Shown here in pieces: positions 41,101 through 45,961 of a stretch of 45,961 nucleotides of DNA. The notes under the pieces were generated by a model. That model did no database searches. It saw nothing but the letters and a program-made list of their open reading frames with translations, and was not told the origin of the DNA. Source of the DNA: Prasinococcaceae sp. CCMP 1430 (taxonomy: Eukaryota > Plantae > Prasinodermophyta); NCBI GenBank assembly GCA_013416795.1, contig RQSC01000029.1:229863-275823 (forward strand), given 5' to 3'. The translations under genes were made by a program, and so were the position numbers. Numbering within the stretch: the stretch's first letter is position 1; each line of letters opens with the position of its first letter.

Positions 41101-42706
41101 GCGCAGTGTCGCCCGCTCCCGCTAGGGCGCCAACCAACACTCCCATCGGGCGCTTGTGCTGCCGCCACTGCGGCTTGCGAAGGCCAATGAGCTCGTATAC
41201 CTCTCCATCGCGCGACACGAAAAATACACTACCTGTAGCTGCCGATCCCCCCGTGGCTGTTGCTGGTGCTGCCCTGCCCAGCACCGCTGGAGGTCGCACC
41301 TGATGCCAGGCCAGCAGGGCGTTACCTTCAGAATCGCACACCATGGTCTCCCACGCGCAGCTAACGGGCTCTACGTGCGCCACAAATAGATCACCGCTCG
41401 CTGAGATCGCAAGCAGCGCGTCGGCAATGCGCCCCAGCGACACCGCCTCACCCGCCCAGGCAGGCAGGTAGAGGGGCGTGTACACCCAGCGCAGGCCATT
41501 GAAGAAACGCTGTGTGGGTGTGCCGCTACAGCCGATGTAGAACACCAGCGTGTCGTGGTACCACAGCATGCGACGCGGCGCGCCGCCGCCACCACCACCC
41601 TGCTCATCGTACGCGGTGCCATCCAGCGAGCCATGCGACGGACCAGGCCCCTCCCAATGCGAGCAGCCACCGAGGGACACAGGCAACTCACGTGACTGTC
41701 GCGCGAGGCGCGAGCCGGATGCCGCGGAATGCACATTGCGGCTGTCTGCTGCACGAAGCGCACTGACGCTCATGGGCCCGCTGCCGGTGACAGGGCCGTT
41801 CGTACCAACACCGCCCGTCCTCTGATGGCGGTGCAGCGAATTCACGCGCTGACTGTTCACCGCGGCGACCAGCGCAGCCTGCCCGCGCGCCGATGGGCTC
41901 GGGAGCGCGCGTTGGTCGAAGAGCGACCGCACGGCTGACCAGAGGCCCGTGCCAGCGTCAAATGCCCACGACACGCGCGGATCCCCGCGCGGCGGCTGCA
42001 CGATGGGTCGCCCGTACACGTCCCTTTTGCTCTGTAGCGTCGGAAACATCCATGCCCCGTCCAGCCCGCCACGCGCGCAGAGGGGATACCCGCCGCGCGT
42101 CTCGATCGCCGGTGGTTCGCCGTACGTCACCCACACGCGGCCGGCGCCCTCGACGATCGCGCTCGGCGTGACGGGCAACCCCCCTGGAGTGCCGATCAGC
42201 GGGCCGTGGGCGAGCGCGCCACTGTCGCCCGCAGCACCGCGCACGCTCGTGCCACCAAGGCCGGTCGGCGGAGGCACACCGCCGCTGCCCGTTGGTTGCT
42301 GCTGGGAGAGCTCGCTACCGCCGAAACCGACAGCGGCGGCTGCGGCCACCGCCGTGGGGATCCCCGCCTCGGGGGAGTCGGCGTCGTGGTCTTTCAGCCC
42401 CATTCCGGCTGCAGATGCAGCCGCGCCCGCGCGCATGGCCGGGTCGGTGCCCGCCGCGTCCACAACGCGGTCCAGCTCCCGCAGCATCCCCTCGCCAGTG
42501 GGCGTCATTTCACGCGTCGCGGTGCCGCGGCGCTCGCTGTTGCTCTTGGACGAGCCCCAGATGCCCGCGCGCACGACCACCACGTGGGCCATGATCGCGA
42601 ACGCCGCCGCCACCAGCACCGGCGCCGCGCGCGCGATCCTGTCGCGCGGCCATGGCGTGCGAGAGCAGCGCACGCGCACAGCGCGCGCGCGCGCCCCGGC
42701 CGCCAT
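38149..42706 (-). CDS. Large signal-anchored Trp-rich repeat protein, probable beta-propeller (lectin-like); exons ~42706-41045, 40763-38626, 38434-38149
   Basis: Hydrophobic anchor APVLVAAAFAIMAHVVVV; recurring F/V-x-x-G-x-L-x-E...W-x-x-H-x-x-P blades (WRQHKRP, WLKHPHK, WESLGMP, WDHFGQP, WKSHGS). Predicted introns join in compatible phases. Confidence 0.7.
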
Positions 42707-43209
42707 CGTCGCGCGCTCGCTGTTGTAGAGCAGGATCTTGGGCAGCGCCGCGTCAAAGTAGGACTACAGAAGCGCCCCCCGCGGAACCGGAACCGGAACC
42801 GATCGGAACGGGGGCGAAACCAAAGGCCGAGGCAAAGGCCGGGAAACGACCGTACTATTATTCAGCAGAGCGTCCCCCATCCCATCGATCGGAGCGGGAG
42901 CTGGGCTTCGCCACGCTCGCCACCCCACCCCTCCCCGGCCGGCCCGGCGCGCGCGCACGCGTTTTGAACTCCAGACACGCGCATGATAGTACATCTGAAA
43001 TATAATTTGGATACCACACGGGAAAGTTCAACCGGGCGGCGGCGCGTGGAGGGGGGCCGCCGGCGGCGCGCGCGCGCGCACGCGGTGCGGCGGGGGGCGG
43101 CACACGCTGCGCGGCCGCGGGGCCCGGAGCGGGCGAACGCGGCGGCCACAGCTGGAGGATAGGGGGGGGGGGGATTCGCGCGGGGCCTGGGGCGGCGAGG
43201 GTGCGGGCG

Positions 43210-44341
43210 ATGGCACCCACGGCGGAGAGCTCGCACCAATGCGTGCTTGTCCGCATCGCCGCCGATGCGTCGGTGCCGCTCGCCGAGTGCAGCGTGGGCT
43301 ACGATGGGCCTGGGTCCGAGTCAGAAGTCGGGTGCGTCACCAGCTTTGTCAAGGCGCGCCTTGCTGAGGCGCACCCGGACGCATCCGCCGTCGACCCCTC
43401 GGAGCTCGCCGCGCAGATGCGCCAGCACACGGGCCAGGACGTGACCGCCGACATGGCACGCGCTCTCGCGGGGATGAACATGGTTGAGACGACCGCGCTG
43501 ATGCCCGGCGGCACCCACAACGGCTTCGTGCACGTGAACCTGTACGGCGACGACAGGGGCTCGCTCAAGGGGCTGCCGCGCAACGCGCGTGCCGAGGCGA
43601 TGTGTGCCGCGTGCGGCCTCGCCGGCACAAATGTGTACGGGGACGTGTACGCAGGCCGCCTCATCGACTGCGACGACCGCTTCGAGCGTATGGACTTCAC
43701 GCTGGCGGACATGGACTCGGGTGCAGAATGGGTGGCCGAGGCGCGCGCGATTAACGCGCGCAAGCGCGAGGGCGGGCAGGGCGCAGCCGAGGCGCGCGTG
43801 CGCGATGCGCTGGGGGCCGCGGGTGCCAATGCGCAGTTCGGCTCGATGGCAGCGCCGGGTGGCGCAGGGCTGGGCGAAGAAAGCACGGGCGGACGCGAGG
43901 GGAACGCCACGTGGAAGGTGCGCAAGCGCGTGCTGAGGCGGGTGGAGGCGAAAGCGGCGCGGCGCGAGCCTGCATTCTCGCTCTCGCGGCTCTTTGCACC
44001 CAAGCCGCTGACGCCGTCCCAACCGCTCGCAGGACGGCGAGGACGATGGCGAGCTGGAGGTGAGAGTGTCGCTGCCCGAGGGCGAATTGCGCGAGGCCGG
44101 CGCGGCCAAGCTGCTCAGCGTTCAGCTTCTTGCGCGCGGCACCGAGCTCACGGTGCGCGCAAAGGGGCGCGACGAGCCGCTGCTGCACGCGCGTGGGCTG
44201 CTCAGGGCCGCTGCCGCGGATGACCTCACGTGGTTTCTCGACAAGGACTCCAATGAGCTCGTCGTTGGGCTGTGCGCCTCGGACGGAGGGAGCTGGACGG
44301 GCAGGCTCGTGGGCGCGGGCGGCGCGGTGGAGGCGCCGTGA
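43210..44341 (+). CDS. Protein with uncharacterised N-terminal domain and C-terminal CS (p23/NudC-like) domain; exons 43210-43917 and 44033-44341
   Basis: Phase-0 intron gives ATWK|DGEDDGELEVRVSLP...DDLTWFLDKDSNELVVGL, a CS-domain pattern; N-domain VNLYGDDRGSLKGLPRNARA...VYGDV. Confidence 0.7.
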
Positions 44342-44416
44342 GTGAGCCGTAAGGTATTTACATAGAGCGCGCCCAGCGACTCAGACGCGGACAAAAGGAA
44401 TTGGGCCGCACGCGCA

Positions 44417-45279
44417 TCAATCGAACAGCGCGATGTGGCCGTCGGCGAGCAGCTCCATGAGTGACAGCTCCTCCGTCTCGCCCGTTGAGTACAGTACCTT
44501 GGCGGTCTTGTTGCGTGTGTTGATGGAGGTCATCTCGCAGCGGTACCACTTGTCGTCGTCCGGCCAGTACAGCTCTGCCTCCTTGCCCTTGAGCTCCGGC
44601 GTGATCTCCTCGTTCGCTGTAGGCACCCCAACCAGCGAGCGTGTGGACGCGCGAGCGCACGGGGAGGGGTAGACGGCCAGACAGGCGCGTACACGCCACC
44701 CGGCGTGTCAGCAAGTCGTCAGCAGCACTCGCGCTGGGCGTAGAGAGGGCGATGCGCGCACAGGCGCGCGCGCACGCTGCCGGACCCTCCGTCGTGGCGA
44801 CACTCAGCGCATCGATGCGCGCGCGCGACGCACGCTTCATGATTCTCGCCGAGCTGCTGGGCTTGGACATCTTGGCGGGCGGCGCAGGCGCGGGCGCGGG
44901 CGCCTGTTTGCGTTTCTTCTCCTTCTTGCCACCATCCTCCGTCTTGACACCAGTCACGATCTCGCGCACCGTCGGGTGCTTGTTGCACAGTTTAAAGAGC
45001 TTCTCACGCTCCGCCGTCGTAAGCTGCGAGAAGAGAGGACGGGAGGTTGGCGTCAGGCCAGAGGGGGCAGCCCGCTGCGCGCGGCGCGCGGCGCGCTCAG
45101 CGCCCCGCAGCACGGCGCAGCAGCGCGCGCGCACTCACCTTGGACCCCCAGTAGAACGCCACGCTGAGCAGCCACACGTCGCTGTGCACCGCCACAAGCG
45201 TCAGCCAATCCTCCCTGAGCATCCCATCGCGCGCGAAGTTGATGCCGACCACCGGTTCAGGGAGCTCTGCCGGCACCTC
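44417..45279 (-). CDS. Alfin-like (PAL/DUF3594) protein with C-terminal Tudor-like domain; 5' exons not found in the window; exons 45279-45139, 45023-44834, 44616-44417
   Basis: [45 protein letters not shown]|[10 protein letters not shown]...[10 protein letters not shown] is the Alfin signature. The last exon is [38 protein letters not shown]. Confidence 0.88.
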
Positions 45280-45961
45280 CTGCGGGGCGCGCACAGTCAA
45301 CGGGAGCGGGCGAACGTGGGCGGACGTGGGCACGTCGTGGCGAGTGCGCCGCAGGCAGGCGTCAGCGTCGCAGAGGCACATCCCGACGGCGCAAAGGGGC
45401 CGATCGCCTCGCCATGATACGCGCTCGCCACCCGCGCGCGCCGCAGCGCTGCCGTGCGCGCCCGCGTGCGCCAACACCCGCGAACGCAAGGTCTGCGCGC
45501 CCGTTCCGCACACCCCAACCCCATATGCGCGCACTTTCGCTCAGCCGAGGCCGCGGCGGCACGCGGTGGGACGGGGCGTCGCGAACGCCGGCCGCTGCGC
45601 GCTCGAGTAGCGGCGCAACGTGCATGCGGACGCGGCCGACGCGCGGGGGGCCTCAAGGTGCCCCGCGCGTGTTGGGTTCACGCCATTGTCGCTCATCTGC
45701 ACCGCCGCCGCGCAGCGCTGCGTAACGCTGTGGGCGAGCTGGCACGAGCGCATTTGGGGGCGTGCCCGGGCACGGGTGAAGGTGTGTGTGTGGGGGGGGG
45801 GGGGGAGGCGGACGTGTTCGCGCTTGCGATCGAGCTCGCCTTTGCGCGGGCCGCGCGCGCATTCGAGAGTCCCCCACGGGCGTTCGCGCGCACGCAGCTG
45901 CGTTGCCCCCGCAGCGGCCCCGCAGCCGCCGCGCCGCCTTTCGCGGCGGCTGCGGTGGCGC

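Noticed and set aside
45541-45753. Short minus-strand ORF as the Alfin N-terminal exon
   Set aside because: No match to the conserved PAL N-half (RRxG, CDPxKENLCLYG, WEV) in any frame.

Overview
This is GC-rich eukaryotic nuclear DNA of a green alga, probably prasinophyte-grade. The evidence is TTTAGGG telomere repeats, short spliceosomal introns with CTGAC branch sites, TGTAA signals downstream of several genes, and plant-type OTU2, SUVH, Alfin and P3A H+-ATPase genes. About 12 protein-coding loci are supported: METTL16/FIO1 (partial), OTU2, a secreted M11-like metalloprotease with NEW3-like and RCC1/BLIP-II-like repeats, a plasma-membrane H+-ATPase, a stand-alone GHKL ATPase, an unknown polytopic membrane protein, an SRA-SET (SUVH-like) protein, an RCC1-repeat/Pro-rich surface protein, a Cache-like/EGF/kinase/cyclase receptor, a J-domain/PARP-finger-like/BRCT protein, a large Trp-rich propeller-like protein, a CS-domain protein and an Alfin-Tudor protein. 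A ~400-bp telomere array plus a 744-N gap sits inside the window, flanked by two copies of an ~860-bp duplication. At 16.7-20.9 kb lies a scrambled CRE-like non-LTR retroelement region in which a J-domain segment takes the place of the RT core, ankyrin repeats are fused to the RT thumb, and a 43-bp inverted repeat splits the J-domain. Domain calls come from reading motifs by eye; no database searches were run, and splice sites are predictions.
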